A DNA stretch of 64,000 nucleotides from an uncultured Actinomycetes bacterium (GCA_963704035.1 CAVPGR010000004.1:1338438-1402437), one strand, 5' to 3'; numbered from the stretch's first letter, positions 8,269 through 24,815 are shown. Program-made: numbers and translations. The notes: generated from the sequence alone by a model not told the origin.

Positions 8269-8889
8269 ATGGCCCGACCCGACAAGGTGGCGATCGTCGA
8301 GGAGATCCGGCAGAAGCTGGACGGATCCGACGCGGCCGTGCTCACCGAATACCGCGGTCTGACCGTCGGCGAACTGGCGGAGCTCCGGACGGCCCTGCGC
8401 CCCGCCGCCGCCGAATACAAGGTCTTCAAGAACTCACTCGCCCGCCGCGCCGTCGAAGCCTCGGGTCACGAGGAGCTCCTCGACCTACTCGAGGGCCCGG
8501 TTGCCTTCGCCTTCGTTCAGGGCGACGCAGCGGTGGCGGCCAAGGCCATCGACGATTTCGCCGGGGACCACGATGCGCTCATCGTCAAGGGCGGGCTGCT
8601 CGGCGACACGTTCCTCGCGGCCGTCGACGTGAAGGCGCTCGCCAAACTCGAGCCCCGCGATGTGATCCTGGCGAAGATCGCGGGTGCCTTCCAGGCCCCG
8701 ATGACCAAGGCTGCCGGTCTGTTCAGCGCCATCCCGCGCCAGATGGCGCAGCTCACCTCGGCCCTCGTCGACAAGCGCGTGGCCGAAGGCGAGGAGCTGC
8801 CGCCCGCCGAGCCCGACGAATCCGAAGAGAACGAAGCCGAGACAGAGACCGAAAAGAACGACGACGACACGGAAAGCACGGAGGACTGA
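8269..8889 (+). CDS. rplJ: 50S ribosomal protein L10 with an acidic C-terminal tail
   Basis: ATG at 8269: [40 protein letters not shown]. The tail is [34 protein letters not shown]. Confidence 0.9.
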   Translation: MARPDKVAIVEEIRQKLDGSDAAVLTEYRGLTVGELAELRTALRPAAAEYKVFKNSLARRAVEASGHEELLDLLEGPVAFAFVQGDAAVAAKAIDDFAGDHDALIVKGGLLGDTFLAAVDVKALAKLEPRDVILAKIAGAFQAPMTKAAGLFSAIPRQMAQLTSALVDKRVAEGEELPPAEPDESEENEAETETEKNDDDTESTED

Positions 8890-8890
8890 C

Positions 8891-9280
8891 ATGGCGACCA
8901 AGCTCTCGACCGAGGACCTTCTCGAGGTCTTCAAGGAGATGAGCGTCCTGGAGCTCAACGAGTTCCTGAAGGCGTTCGAGGAGGAGTTCGACGTCACGGC
9001 GGCCGCACCGGTCGCGATGGCGGCGGCGCCCGCGGCCGGCGACGCCGGCGGTGGCGGCGAGGTCGAAAAGGACGAGTTCACCGTCGTCCTCACGGCGGCC
9101 GGCGACAAGAAGATCCAGGTCATCAAGGAGGTCCGGGCCCTCACGAGCCTCGGGCTGAAAGAGGCCAAAGGGGTCGTCGACGACGCTCCCAAGCCGGTTC
9201 TCGAGAACGTGCCCAAGGAAGAGGCCGAGAAGGCCAAGGCGCAGCTCGAAGAGGCCGGCGGCAGCGTCGAGCTCCAGTAA
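8891..9280 (+). CDS. rplL: 50S ribosomal protein L7/L12
   Basis: [35 protein letters not shown]...[52 protein letters not shown]. Confidence 0.95.
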   Translation: MATKLSTEDLLEVFKEMSVLELNEFLKAFEEEFDVTAAAPVAMAAAPAAGDAGGGGEVEKDEFTVVLTAAGDKKIQVIKEVRALTSLGLKEAKGVVDDAPKPVLENVPKEEAEKAKAQLEEAGGSVELQ

Positions 9281-9309
9281 GCGCGGCTCCGGCGCCCTTC
9301 CGGGGTCCG

Positions 9310-9338
9310 TTGACCCCTCGAAGGGCGGGGCGTATGCT
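9310..9338 (+). promoter_or_regulatory. Candidate sigma-A promoter upstream of rpoB (TTGACC, 17-nt spacer, TATGCT)
   Basis: The -35 element is at 9310..9315, the spacer is 17 nt, and the -10 element is at 9333..9338. This is a sequence match only. Confidence 0.4.
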
Positions 9339-9506
9339 CTGCTGGAGCACGCCCGGGGCGGCTCGTCTTTTCGCGCCGCGGCACTGGAATTCCCAGGCAG
9401 TCCCGCGTATACTGGCGGGTTGCAGTGACCGCCCTCTGGTTCGTCCGCTGAATCTCTCGTCCCCGTCCTTGCGCGCATCGGCACGCGCGCAGCAAAGGAG
9501 TGCTCG

Positions 9507-12500
9507 GTGTCCCGTCCCGCGACGCGTGAACGCTTCTCGTTCTCGAAGCTCAGTGAGCCCCTCGACCTGCCCGATCTGATCGCGGTCCAACGAGACTCGT
9601 TCCGCACCTTTCTCGACGTCGGCATCGCCGGGGTCCTGCGCGACATCTCCCCGATCGAAGACTTCACCGGTCAGCTCAAGCTCGAGCTCGCCGACCACGT
9701 CTTCGACCCTCCGAAGCACACCGAAGACGAGTGCCGCGAGAAGGACATGACCTACTCGCAGCCGCTGTTCGTCACGGCGCGCTTCCTGAACGCGGGTACG
9801 GGAGAGATCAAGGAGCAGACGGTCTTCATGGGCGACTTCCCCGTGATGACCAACCGGGGAACGTTCATCATCAACGGCACGGAGCGCATCGTCGTCTCCC
9901 AGCTCGTGCGTTCGCCGGGCGTCTACTTCAACATCTCACCCGACAAGACGAACCCCGAAAAAGACATCGTCGACGCCAAGATGATCCCGGGTCGTGGCGC
10001 GTGGCTCGAGTTCGAGGTCGACAAGAAGAACATCGTCCACGTCCGTGTCGACCGCAAGCGCAAGCAGCCGGTCACGATCCTGTTGAAGGCCCTCGGATTC
10101 GGCGAGAGCGACGAAGAGCTACTCGGCCTCGTCATCGACGAGAACGGCAACCCCTACGAGGCGATCGCGAACACGCTCGAGAAGGACAACACCGAGACCG
10201 TCGACGAAGCGTTCATCGACATCTACCGCAAGCTCCGCCCGGGTGAGCCGCCCACGCCCGAATCCGCGCGCACGCTGATCGAGAACCTGTTCTTCAACCC
10301 GAAGCGTTACGACCTCGCCAAGGTCGGTCGTCACAAGGTCACCAAGAAGCTCCAGGACGAGTACGGCAACGTCGACCTCAAGGGCTTCGACCTCGTCGCG
10401 CCCGAGGCCGACTCCAAGGACCTGACGCTCACGCGCGCCGACATCCTCGCCACGGTCTCCTACCTGGTGAAGCTCGCCAACAACGACATGGGGTACTTCC
10501 CCGACGACATCGACCACTTCGGCAACCGTCGGGTCCGCTCGGTCGGTGAGCTGATCCAGAACCAGGTGCGGGTCGGGCTCTCCCGCATGGAGCGCGTCGT
10601 GCGCGAGCGCATGACGACCCAGGACGTCGAGGCGATCACGCCCCAGACGCTGATCAACATCCGCCCGGTGGTGGCGGCGATCAAGGAGTTCTTCGGGTCC
10701 TCGCAGCTCAGCCAGTTCATGGACCAGACGAACCCGCTGTCGGGCCTCACCCACAAGCGGCGCCTCTCGGCTCTCGGGCCGGGCGGTCTGTCACGTGAGC
10801 GCGCGGGCTTCGAGGTCCGCGACGTCCACCACTCCCACTACGGCCGCATGTGCCCGATCGAGACGCCGGAGGGGCCGAACATCGGTCTCATCGGTTACCT
10901 GTCGAGCTACGCGCGGATCAACGAGTTCGGGTTCATCGAGACGCCCTACCGCAAGGTCGTGAAGGGCCGGGCGCTCGAGGAGGTCGAATACCTCGCCGCC
11001 GACGACGAAGACCGTGTCGTCATCGCGCAGGCCAACGCGCCGCTCGACGAGAAGGGGAACTTCCTCAACGAACGTGTGCTCGTTCGTGCCCAGCGGGGTG
11101 AGGTCGCCTACGTGGAGCCGACCCAGGTCGACTACATGGACGTGTCGCCCAAGCAGATGGTCTCGGTCGCCACGGCGCTGATTCCGTTCCTCGAGCACGA
11201 CGACGCGAACCGTGCCCTGATGGGCGCCAACATGCAGCGCCAGGCCGTTCCGCTTCTGCGTTCCACGGCGCCGTTCATCGGTACCGGAGTCGAGAAGCGC
11301 GCGGCGCACGACGCGGGCGACATGGTGCTCGCCGAAGACGCCGGAACCGTCAGCGGCGTCACCGGCGACTCGGTCACCGTCGACTACAAGAGGGAAGGTA
11401 CGAGCACCTACCGCCTGTCGAAGTTCCGTCGCTCGAACCAGGGCACCTGCATCAACCAGAAGCCGCGGGTGAGTGAGGGCGACGCCGTCAAGAAGGGCGA
11501 TGTACTCGCCGACGGTCCGTCGACCCAGCGCGGCGAGTTGGCGCTCGGCAAGAACCTCCTCGTGGCGTTCATGCCGTGGAAGGGCCACAACTTCGAAGAC
11601 GCCATCGTCATCTCCCAGCGACTCGTGCGCGACGACGTCCTCACGTCGATCCACATCGAGGAGCACGAGATCGACGCTCGCGACACCAAGCTCGGTGCCG
11701 AGGAGATCACCCGCGACATCCCGAACCTCTCCGAGGAGATCCTCGCCGACCTCGACGAGCGCGGGATCATCCGCATCGGCGCCGAGGTCGGCCCCGGCGA
11801 CATCCTCGTCGGCAAGGTCACGCCCAAGGGAGAGACCGAGCTGACACCCGAGGAGCGGCTGCTCCGCGCGATCTTCGGTGAGAAGGCCCGTGAGGTGCGC
11901 GACACCTCCCTCAAGGTTCCGCACGGTGAGACCGGACAGGTCATCGACCTGAAGCGCTTCTCGCGCGACGACGGCGACGAGCTTCCTCCCGGTGTCAACG
12001 AACTGGTCCGCGTGTACGTGGCGCAGAAGCGCAAGATCTCCGAGGGCGACAAGCTCGCGGGCCGTCACGGCAACAAGGGCGTCATCTCGAAGATCCTCCC
12101 GATGGAGGACATGCCGTTCCTCGAGGACGGCACGCCCGTCGACATCGTGCTCAACCCCCTGGGTGTGCCGAGCCGCATGAACGTGGGCCAGGTCCTCGAG
12201 GCGCACCTCGGCTACGTGGCACGTCACGGCTGGGACGAGGAGCGCCCCGCTCCCGTGGCTCCCGAAAAGACGCGTCCCGTCACCGAGCCCGCCGAGTGGA
12301 TCGCCAGCCCGGTCTTCGACGGCGCGCACTGGGACGAGCGCAACGAGGGCGAACCGGCCACGATCGAAGAGCTCTTCACGAAGATGAACCCCGACGGCGT
12401 CAACGGCACGCGGATGGTCGGTCCCGACGGCAAGGCGACGCTCTACGACGGTCGCAGCGGCGAGGCCTACGACCAGCCGGTCACGGTCGGTTACATGTAC

Positions 12501-12974
12501 ATCCTGAAGCTGGCGCACCTCGTCGACGACAAGATCCACGCGCGCTCCACGGGTCCCTACTCGATGATCACGCAGCAGCCCCTGGGTGGAAAGGCGCAGT
12601 TCGGTGGTCAGCGCTTCGGGGAGATGGAGGTGTGGGCCCTCGAGGCCTACGGCGCCAGCTACGCGCTCCAGGAGCTCCTGACGATCAAGTCCGACGACGT
12701 GCTCGGCCGCGTGAAGGTCTACGAGGCCATCGTGAAGGGCGAGAACATCCCCGAGCCGGGTATCCCCGAGTCGTTCAAGGTCCTCATCAAGGAGATGCAG
12801 GCTCTGTGTCTCAACGTGAGGGTGATGGACGAGGCCGGTGAAGAGGTCGAGATCCGCGAGCTCGACGAAGACGCGTTCCGCACCACCGAATCACTCGGCA
12901 TCGACCTCTCACGGCCGGAGCGGGGGACCGACGAGGAAGACGAACGACGACGCCGCGAACAGCCGGCCTTCTAA
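9507..12974 (+). CDS. rpoB: DNA-directed RNA polymerase subunit beta
   Basis: An intact 1155-aa ORF with hallmark segments [46 protein letters not shown] and NMQRQAVPL. Confidence 0.97.
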   Translation: MSRPATRERFSFSKLSEPLDLPDLIAVQRDSFRTFLDVGIAGVLRDISPIEDFTGQLKLELADHVFDPPKHTEDECREKDMTYSQPLFVTARFLNAGTGEIKEQTVFMGDFPVMTNRGTFIINGTERIVVSQLVRSPGVYFNISPDKTNPEKDIVDAKMIPGRGAWLEFEVDKKNIVHVRVDRKRKQPVTILLKALGFGESDEELLGLVIDENGNPYEAIANTLEKDNTETVDEAFIDIYRKLRPGEPPTPESARTLIENLFFNPKRYDLAKVGRHKVTKKLQDEYGNVDLKGFDLVAPEADSKDLTLTRADILATVSYLVKLANNDMGYFPDDIDHFGNRRVRSVGELIQNQVRVGLSRMERVVRERMTTQDVEAITPQTLINIRPVVAAIKEFFGSSQLSQFMDQTNPLSGLTHKRRLSALGPGGLSRERAGFEVRDVHHSHYGRMCPIETPEGPNIGLIGYLSSYARINEFGFIETPYRKVVKGRALEEVEYLAADDEDRVVIAQANAPLDEKGNFLNERVLVRAQRGEVAYVEPTQVDYMDVSPKQMVSVATALIPFLEHDDANRALMGANMQRQAVPLLRSTAPFIGTGVEKRAAHDAGDMVLAEDAGTVSGVTGDSVTVDYKREGTSTYRLSKFRRSNQGTCINQKPRVSEGDAVKKGDVLADGPSTQRGELALGKNLLVAFMPWKGHNFEDAIVISQRLVRDDVLTSIHIEEHEIDARDTKLGAEEITRDIPNLSEEILADLDERGIIRIGAEVGPGDILVGKVTPKGETELTPEERLLRAIFGEKAREVRDTSLKVPHGETGQVIDLKRFSRDDGDELPPGVNELVRVYVAQKRKISEGDKLAGRHGNKGVISKILPMEDMPFLEDGTPVDIVLNPLGVPSRMNVGQVLEAHLGYVARHGWDEERPAPVAPEKTRPVTEPAEWIASPVFDGAHWDERNEGEPATIEELFTKMNPDGVNGTRMVGPDGKATLYDGRSGEAYDQPVTVGYMYILKLAHLVDDKIHARSTGPYSMITQQPLGGKAQFGGQRFGEMEVWALEAYGASYALQELLTIKSDDVLGRVKVYEAIVKGENIPEPGIPESFKVLIKEMQALCLNVRVMDEAGEEVEIRELDEDAFRTTESLGIDLSRPERGTDEEDERRRREQPAF

Positions 12975-12995
12975 CAAAGAGCGAGGCAGAAGACA

Positions 12996-17030
<4,035 letters not shown>

Positions 17031-17071
17031 AGGTTGCGCGGCGAGCGGGCCTTTTCGAGTAGAAAGATTCG

Positions 17072-17810
17072 ATGAACGCGAACAAGGCGATTGCCGAGGT
17101 ATTCGGGACGGCGACTCTGGTGCTCGTGGCCGTCGGGACGGCGGTGCTGGCCGGGAGCTTCCTCGGGGACAGCACGCTCGGCATCGCGTTGGCGTTCGGG
17201 CTGACGTTGATGTCTCTGGCGTACGCCATCGGGCACATCTCGGGGTGTCACGTCAATCCGGCGGTCACGCTCGGCATGTGGGTCGGTAAGAAGATGGACG
17301 GCAAGGACGTGCCGCTCTACATGGTGAGCCAGGTGCTCGGCGCCCTGCTCGGTGCCGCCATCCTGTGGCTCATCGCCAACGGGGCCGACGGCTTCTCGAT
17401 CGACTCCGACGCGGCCGGCGCTGTTCGGGGCCAACGGCTACGACGACCTCTCGCCCGGTGGGTACAACCTTCTCGCAGCGCTCGTCTCGGAGATCGTCTT
17501 CACCGGCATCTTCGTGTTCGTGGTCCTCGCCACGACCACGCGGAACTTCCCGGCGGCCGCCGGCGGGATCGCCGCGGGCTTCGCGCTCGCCATCGTCCAC
17601 CTGGTGTCGATCCCCGTGACCAACACGAGTGTGAACCCGGCTCGCTCCATCGCCACCAACGTCTTTGCCGGTGGCGACTACATCCCGCAGCTCTGGCTGT
17701 TCATCGTGGCCCCCCTCGTCGGCGGGCTCCTGGCTGCCGGGCTCTTCCGGGCGCTGAACCCCAGCGAGGCCCAGGGTCACGTGGCACCCCTCGACCCCAC
17801 CTCAGACTGA
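17072..17810 (+). pseudogene. aqpZ: Aquaporin Z / MIP-family channel, +1 frameshift near 17420
   Basis: ORF 17072..17887 carries the first NPA box (GHISGCHVNPAVTLG) up to GFSIDSDAAG. ORF 17352..17810 carries LFGANGYDDLSPGGYN...PVTNTSVNPARSIATN with the second NPA box. The junction reads gcg gcc ggc [g] ctg ttc ggg. Confidence 0.85.
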
Positions 17811-17822
17811 TCCGGAGCGGGT

Positions 17823-17836
17823 CCCCGACCTCGGGG
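17823..17836 (+). terminator. Small hairpin after aqpZ (CCCCG-acct-CGGGG) followed by A/T-rich sequence
   Basis: Inverted repeat read directly from the sequence. The stem is weak. Confidence 0.25.
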
Positions 17837-17837
17837 C

Positions 17838-17883
17838 TGATAAATTATTTGTATACATCAATAAATGATTTTATCATTGAGGC
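17838..17883 (+). promoter_or_regulatory. AT-rich promoter/operator of fic: TTGTAT (17849..17854), 17-nt spacer, TATCAT (17872..17877); palindrome AATGAT-ttt-ATCATT (17864..17878)
   Basis: This is the only strongly AT-rich stretch I saw in the window. The -10 element ends 6 nt before the fic ATG at 17884, which implies a leaderless mRNA. The perfect 6-3-6 palindrome overlaps the -10 element. Confidence 0.45.
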
Positions 17884-19065
17884 ATGATCTTCAGGACACC
17901 GGTCCTCGGGGACCTGGAACGAGCGGCGATCTCGGAGATCGAGGATCGACGCAGGAGTCTTCGACACCGCGTGGGCGAACCCCGGCGCTGGTACGGGGGG
18001 CTTCGCCGACTCGTCTTCGCCAAGGCTGTCCAGGGCTCCAATTCCATCGAGGGGTACGACGCGTCTCTCGAGGACGTGATGGCGGCGGTGGACAACGAGG
18101 AGACCCTCGACGCCGACACCGAAACGATTCACGCGCTCCAGGGCTACCGGGATGCGATGACCTACGTCCTGCAGCTCGCCGACGACGATGACGTCACCAT
18201 CAACGAACAGCTCGTGAGGTCGCTCCACTTCATGATGATGAAGCACGACCTGTCGAAACGTCCCGGCAGGTACCGACAGGGCACGATCTTCGTACGGCGG
18301 GAGAGCGATGGTGAAACCGTCTACGAAGGCCCGCCTGCCGAGATCGTTCCGGATCTCATGGGCGAACTGCTCAACGACGCGCAGGAGAATGACGGGCCGG
18401 TCCTGATGCGTGCGGCGATGGCGCACCTGAATCTCGTCATGGTCCACCCCTTCCGGGATGGCAACGGGAGAATGGGCCGCTGCCTTCAGACGTTGGTACT
18501 GGCGCGCGAGCACATCGTGAGTCCCGTGTTCTCCTCCATCGAGGAGTACCTGGGTCGCAACACCCAGCCGTACTACGACGTTCTCGAACAGGTGGGCCGC
18601 GGTGAATGGCACTCGGAGGACGATGCCCGACCGTGGATTCGGTTCTGTCTGAACGCCCACTACCAGTGCGCGGAAACGATGCTGTGGCGGGTTCAGGAGG
18701 CAGAGGAGTTGTGGGATCTGTGCGGGCACCTCGCGCGTCGACAGGAGGTTGCCGAACGCGTCGTCGGCCCACTCTCGGATGCTGCCCGAGGGTTGCGAAT
18801 CCGAAATGCGTCCTACCGAGTCGCGGTCGAGGAGTCCGGGGGGGAGCAAATCGACGTCCCGACTGCCAGCCGTGACCTACGCGCGCTGGTGGCCTGCGGT
18901 CTCCTCGAATCGCACGGCGAAACCCGGGGTCGCTACTACGTCGGCTCCGCTGAGCTCCTCGACGGTTTCACGAAGATCCGAGCCAAGAAGCCGAAGTTCG
19001 AGAACGCCGATCTCTTCGGCGGGGAAGGCCAACAGCGGCTCGGTCTCGGTGACCTTGCGACCTGA
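17884..19065 (+). CDS. fic: Fic-family protein (class II, N-terminal inhibitory motif) with a C-terminal winged-helix-like region
   Basis: The core Fic motif HPFRDGNGRMGR is present. The alpha-inh motif S-x-x-x-E-G is present as SNSIEG. The ORF is 393 aa. Confidence 0.85.
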   Translation: MIFRTPVLGDLERAAISEIEDRRRSLRHRVGEPRRWYGGLRRLVFAKAVQGSNSIEGYDASLEDVMAAVDNEETLDADTETIHALQGYRDAMTYVLQLADDDDVTINEQLVRSLHFMMMKHDLSKRPGRYRQGTIFVRRESDGETVYEGPPAEIVPDLMGELLNDAQENDGPVLMRAAMAHLNLVMVHPFRDGNGRMGRCLQTLVLAREHIVSPVFSSIEEYLGRNTQPYYDVLEQVGRGEWHSEDDARPWIRFCLNAHYQCAETMLWRVQEAEELWDLCGHLARRQEVAERVVGPLSDAARGLRIRNASYRVAVEESGGEQIDVPTASRDLRALVACGLLESHGETRGRYYVGSAELLDGFTKIRAKKPKFENADLFGGEGQQRLGLGDLAT

Positions 19066-19088
19066 TCCGGGGCTGCTTCCCCGGATTT
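19066..19088 (+). terminator. Hairpin TCCGGGG-ctgctt-CCCCGGA followed by TTT, immediately after fic
   Basis: A 7-bp perfect stem plus a short T run, read directly from the sequence. Confidence 0.45.
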
Positions 19089-19183
19089 CGGTGGGGGCGG
19101 CCCGTCCTGTAACCTGACCCGTCGGCCCGGCCACGGTCGCGGCGTGCTTTTTCCCCCGAAATCTTCTGCCTACGAGGACACCT

Positions 19184-19552
19184 GTGCCCACGATTCAGCA
19201 ACTGGTCCGCAAGGGCCGGCAGCGCAAGACCGAGAAGTCGTCCACGCCGGGCCTCAAGGGCTCGCCGCAGCGACGTGGTGTGTGCACGCGTGTGTTCACC
19301 CACACCCCCAAGAAGCCGAACTCCGCGCTGCGCAAGGTCGCGCGTATCCGTCTCTCCACGGGCATGGAGATCACGGCGTACATCCCCGGTGTCGGTCACA
19401 ACCTCCAGGAACACTCGATCGTGCTCGTGCGCGGCGGTCGTGTGAAAGACCTTCCCGGTGTCCGTTACAAGGTCGTGCGCGGCGCGCTCGACGCGAGCGG
19501 GGTCTCCGATCGCAAGCAGGCCCGTAGTCGCTACGGCGCGAAGAAGGACTGA
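19184..19552 (+). CDS. rpsL: 30S ribosomal protein S12
   Basis: [57 protein letters not shown]. Confidence 0.97.
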   Translation: MPTIQQLVRKGRQRKTEKSSTPGLKGSPQRRGVCTRVFTHTPKKPNSALRKVARIRLSTGMEITAYIPGVGHNLQEHSIVLVRGGRVKDLPGVRYKVVRGALDASGVSDRKQARSRYGAKKD

Positions 19553-19554
19553 CG

Positions 19555-20025
19555 ATGCCTCGCAAGGGACCCGCCTCCCGTCGTGACATCAAGCCCGACC
19601 CCGTCCACAAGTCGGTCGTCGTCACGCAGGTCATCAACAAGGTTCTCCAGCGCGGGAAGCGCTCGCAGGCCGAACAGATCGTCTACACCGCGCTCGAAGA
19701 GATGGAACAGAAGACCGGTTCCGAGCCGATCGCCACGTTGAAGCGTGCTGTCGAGAACGTTCGACCCGCTCTCGAGGTCCGATCCCGGCGTGTCGGTGGC
19801 GCCACGTATCAGGTTCCCGTCGAGGTTCGACCCCGTCGTGCGACGACGCTCGCGATCCGTTGGATCGTCGGCTACGCGCGCCAGCGACGTGAGAAGACCA
19901 TGTCGGAACGTCTGGCCAACGAACTGCTCGACGCGAGCAACGGCATCGGCGCCGCCATCAAGCGCCGCGAAGACCTTCAGAAGATGGCGGAGTCGAACAA
20001 GGCCTTCGCTCACTACCGCTGGTAG
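19555..20025 (+). CDS. rpsG: 30S ribosomal protein S7
   Basis: [44 protein letters not shown]...AFAHYRW. Confidence 0.97.
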   Translation: MPRKGPASRRDIKPDPVHKSVVVTQVINKVLQRGKRSQAEQIVYTALEEMEQKTGSEPIATLKRAVENVRPALEVRSRRVGGATYQVPVEVRPRRATTLAIRWIVGYARQRREKTMSERLANELLDASNGIGAAIKRREDLQKMAESNKAFAHYRW

Positions 20026-20040
20026 TCGGAGCGACGTCAC

Positions 20041-22134
<2,094 letters not shown>

Positions 22135-22140
22135 GCCACC

Positions 22141-22161
22141 GACCGGCCCGGCGGGCCGGTC
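22141..22161 (+). terminator. Perfect 9-bp hairpin GACCGGCCC-ggc-GGGCCGGTC between fusA and tuf
   Basis: Read directly from the sequence. There is no U-tract, so it may be an attenuator or processing site rather than a full terminator. Confidence 0.3.
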
Positions 22162-22236
22162 GTCACACGTCAGACCGAAACCCCCAACCAAGTCCCGTCA
22201 CAAGAGCCCAGAAGGACACGAGGAGCAGTCACACCC

Positions 22237-23425
22237 ATGTCGAAGGAGAAGTTCGAGCGGACGAAGCCGCATTTGAATGTTGGGACGATTGGTCATATCG
22301 ATCATGGGAAGACGACGTTGACCGCGGCGATCACCAAGGTGTTGGCGGATCAGAATCCGGACGTGAATTTTTCGCCGTTTGATTCGATCGACAAGGCTCC
22401 TGAGGAAAAGGAGCGTGGGATCACGATTTCGATTTCTCATGTGGAGTATGAGACCGAGAATCGTCATTACGCCCATGTGGATTGTCCGGGCCATGCGGAT
22501 TACATCAAGAACATGATCACGGGTGCCGCGCAGATGGACGGCGCGATTTTGGTGGTGGCGGCGACTGATGGGCCGATGCCTCAGACCCGTGAGCATGTGT
22601 TGTTGGCCCGCCAGGTGGGTGTGCCGAGCATTGTGGTGGCGTTGAACAAGGCCGACATGGTCGATGACGAAGAGATCATGGAGCTGGTGGAGCTCGAGGT
22701 GCGTGAGTTGTTGACCGAGTACGGCTTCGAGGGTGATGAGGTGCCGATCGTGGCGGTGTCTGCGTTGAAGGCTCTGGAGGGCGACGCGGATGCGGCAGCG
22801 CAGGTGTTGGAGTTGATGGAAAAGGTCGACGAGTACGTGCCCGAGCCGACCCGTGATGTCGACAAGGCGTTTTTGATGCCGATCGAGGATGTGTTCACGA
22901 TCACGGGTCGTGGCACGGTCGTGACGGGTCGTGTGGAGCGTGGGATCGTGCATGTGAACGACGAGGTGGAGATCGTCGGGATCAAAGACACACCGAACAC
23001 GACGGTCACGGGCGTCGAGATGTTCCGCAAGCTCTTGGATGAGGGTCGTGCGGGCGACAACATCGGTGCGTTGTTGCGTGGCACAGCCAAAGAAGACGTG
23101 GAGCGCGGTCAGGTGCTCGCCAAGCCTGGGCAGTATCACGCCGCACACCAAGTTCGAAGGTCAGGTCTATGTGTTGACCAAGGACGAAGGTGGACGTCAC
23201 ACACCGTTTTTCGGGAACTACCGTCCGCAGTTCTATTTCCGTACGACCGACATCACCGGCAGTATCGAGTTGCCCGAGGGCACCGAGATGGTGATGCCCG
23301 GCGACAACACCGAGATGACCGTCGAGTTGATCAACCCGATCGCGATGGAAGAAGGCCTGTTGTTCGCCATTCGCGAAGGTGGCCGCACCGTCGGATCCGG
23401 CCGCGTCACCAAAATCATCGAATAG
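22237..23425 (+). pseudogene. tuf: Elongation factor Tu, copy 2 (canonical str-operon position), single-base insertion at 23127
   Basis: ORF 22237..24069 is EF-Tu up to GQVLAKPG and is nonsense after that. ORF 23039..23425 carries the true C-terminus [27 protein letters not shown]...RVTKIIE. Copy 1 reads aagccgggcagt where copy 2 reads aagcc[t]gggcagt. Confidence 0.9.
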
Positions 23426-23440
23426 GGACAACGACCACAC

Positions 23441-23770
23441 ATGGCAGCTACCGCGACGGGTCAGAAGATCCGCATCAGGCTCAAGGCCTACGACCACGAG
23501 ATCATCGACCAGTCGACGAAGAAGATCGTCGAGACGGTCGTGCGTACCAACGCGAAGGTGCGCGGTCCCGTGCCGTTGCCGACCGAGATCCACCGGTACT
23601 GCGTGATCCGCTCACCGCACGTCGACAAGGACAGCCGGGAGCACTTCGAGATGCGCATCCACAAGCGCCTTCTCGACATCGTCGAGCCGACGAGTCAGAC
23701 CGTCGAGTCGCTCCAGCGCCTCGACCTCCCCGCCGGCGTCGACATCGAGATCAAGATCCAGGGCGTCTGA
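23441..23770 (+). CDS. rpsJ: 30S ribosomal protein S10
   Basis: [49 protein letters not shown]. Confidence 0.97.
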   Translation: MAATATGQKIRIRLKAYDHEIIDQSTKKIVETVVRTNAKVRGPVPLPTEIHRYCVIRSPHVDKDSREHFEMRIHKRLLDIVEPTSQTVESLQRLDLPAGVDIEIKIQGV

Positions 23771-23786
23771 CCGGTCACCCATCCCT

Positions 23787-23827
23787 AGATGCGTCCCTGG
23801 CGCGCGCTATGCGAGCCTCTCGGACGC
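23787..23827 (+). repeat. 41-nt hairpin element, copy A (AGATGCGTCC...GGACGC); second copy at 37302..37342
   Basis: Copy A is agatgcgtccCtggcgcgcgctatGcgAGcctctcggacgc. Copy B is agatgcgtccGtggcgcgcgctatTcgGAcctctcggacgc, with 4 mismatches. The terminal inverted repeat is GCGTCC/GGACGC. Confidence 0.8.
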
Positions 23828-23856
23828 ATCATGCCCACGCCGGCGACGCCGTTCCG

Positions 23857-24363
23857 TCAGTGAGCTGCGAAGAGCTCTTCGATGAAGAAGCGCGCGGCGG
23901 TGTCCAGCCGGTCGCCGAACACTCGCTCCGCTACTTCGAGGACTTCGGCGGATGTCTCCAGGTTGAGTTCCCCCGCCAGGAGGCGCACGTCGTCCTCGTC
24001 CTCGCCGACTCGGTGTGCGAGGACCTTGAGCGCCAGGAGGATCTCGGGCGACGCCACGAAGACACGTAGGCCCGGCTCGTCGAAGACCGAAGCAGCATTC
24101 GGGTCATCTGCGGCGAGGAAACCCTTCACGGCGTCGTTGAGCCAACCTTGCGGGAGCCCGAGGTCGCCTGCTACTTCGTCGGCCGCCTCGTAGATCGCCA
24201 TCTTCGGTTCGAACACAGCGTCGATGTCACGCGTGGAGCGACGCGGAGCGTAGGCGAGAGCCATCGCCGCACCGCCGACGACGTACATCTCACCGACGAC
24301 GTCGCGGCTTTCGAGCACCCGGGCCAACGCCTCGAAGGCGCGCAGAATCTCGTCGCGGTCCAT
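23857..24363 (-). CDS. Small pol-beta-fold nucleotidyltransferase, AbiEii/MenT/DUF6036-like putative toxin
   Basis: Internal start [53 protein letters not shown] (a GG-x14-DID NTase signature). The protein is 168 aa. Its ATG shares one base with the upstream gene's stop (TGATG). Confidence 0.65.
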   Translation of the reverse strand: MDRDEILRAFEALARVLESRDVVGEMYVVGGAAMALAYAPRRSTRDIDAVFEPKMAIYEAADEVAGDLGLPQGWLNDAVKGFLAADDPNAASVFDEPGLRVFVASPEILLALKVLAHRVGEDEDDVRLLAGELNLETSAEVLEVAERVFGDRLDTAARFFIEELFAAH

Positions 24364-24815
24364 CAGCAGCGGTCGAGGAAGCCTTCGGCGACGAAAATGC
24401 CGCGGCGACGAAAGGCTGCGGGGCTCTGAGCAACGGCCAGAGCGCGGAATCCCGGTGTGTCGCTCAGGAACCAGAAGTGGTCGAGGAAGCGATCGTTTCC
24501 CCGGGTCCAGCCCGGCGTCGGGAGGCGGGCCCGCACGGCGATCCATTCCCCGAGCCCACCGAAGAGCGCATCCACCCGGTCGTCACCGCAGAGCGTGGGC
24601 TCTCCTTCGATTGCGTGGGTGAGATCCTCCTTTGTCGCTGCGAACTGGAGCTCGTCGATGAGCTCGAAAACGGCGGGCTTGAAGGATTCACCTGCCAGCA
24701 CGCGATCTGAAGCACCTGCCAGCGACTGGGTGAGCGGCCGGGGGTGGTCGGCCACCCAGTCACGGACCGTGCCGGGCCCCGTCCGGGCAAGAAGACGGCC
24801 AACGGGAGAAACCAT
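24363..24815 (-). CDS. Hypothetical protein, putative cognate partner (antitoxin) of the NTase; start uncertain (alternative ATG at 24989)
   Basis: ORF 24363..24989: MVSPVGRLLARTGPGTVRDWVADHP...GNDRFLDHFWFLSDTPGFRALAVAQSPAAFRRRGIFVAEGFLDRC. I recognise no motif. It is translationally coupled to the NTase. Confidence 0.5.
   Translation of the reverse strand: MVSPVGRLLARTGPGTVRDWVADHPRPLTQSLAGASDRVLAGESFKPAVFELIDELQFAATKEDLTHAIEGEPTLCGDDRVDALFGGLGEWIAVRARLPTPGWTRGNDRFLDHFWFLSDTPGFRALAVAQSPAAFRRRGIFVAEGFLDRC

Noticed and set aside
17031-19183. The aqpZ-fic segment as a mobile genomic island
   Set aside because: There is no integrase or transposase, no flanking direct repeats and no adjacent tRNA. 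GC content is similar to the surroundings except for the 45-nt promoter island. The rpoC-rpsL interval is also variable in many actinobacteria.
22237-24069. A 610-aa extended EF-Tu ORF reading through rpsJ
   Set aside because: After residue ~297 the sequence is Arg-rich nonsense caused by the extra T at 23127. The true EF-Tu C-terminus and rpsJ are in other frames.
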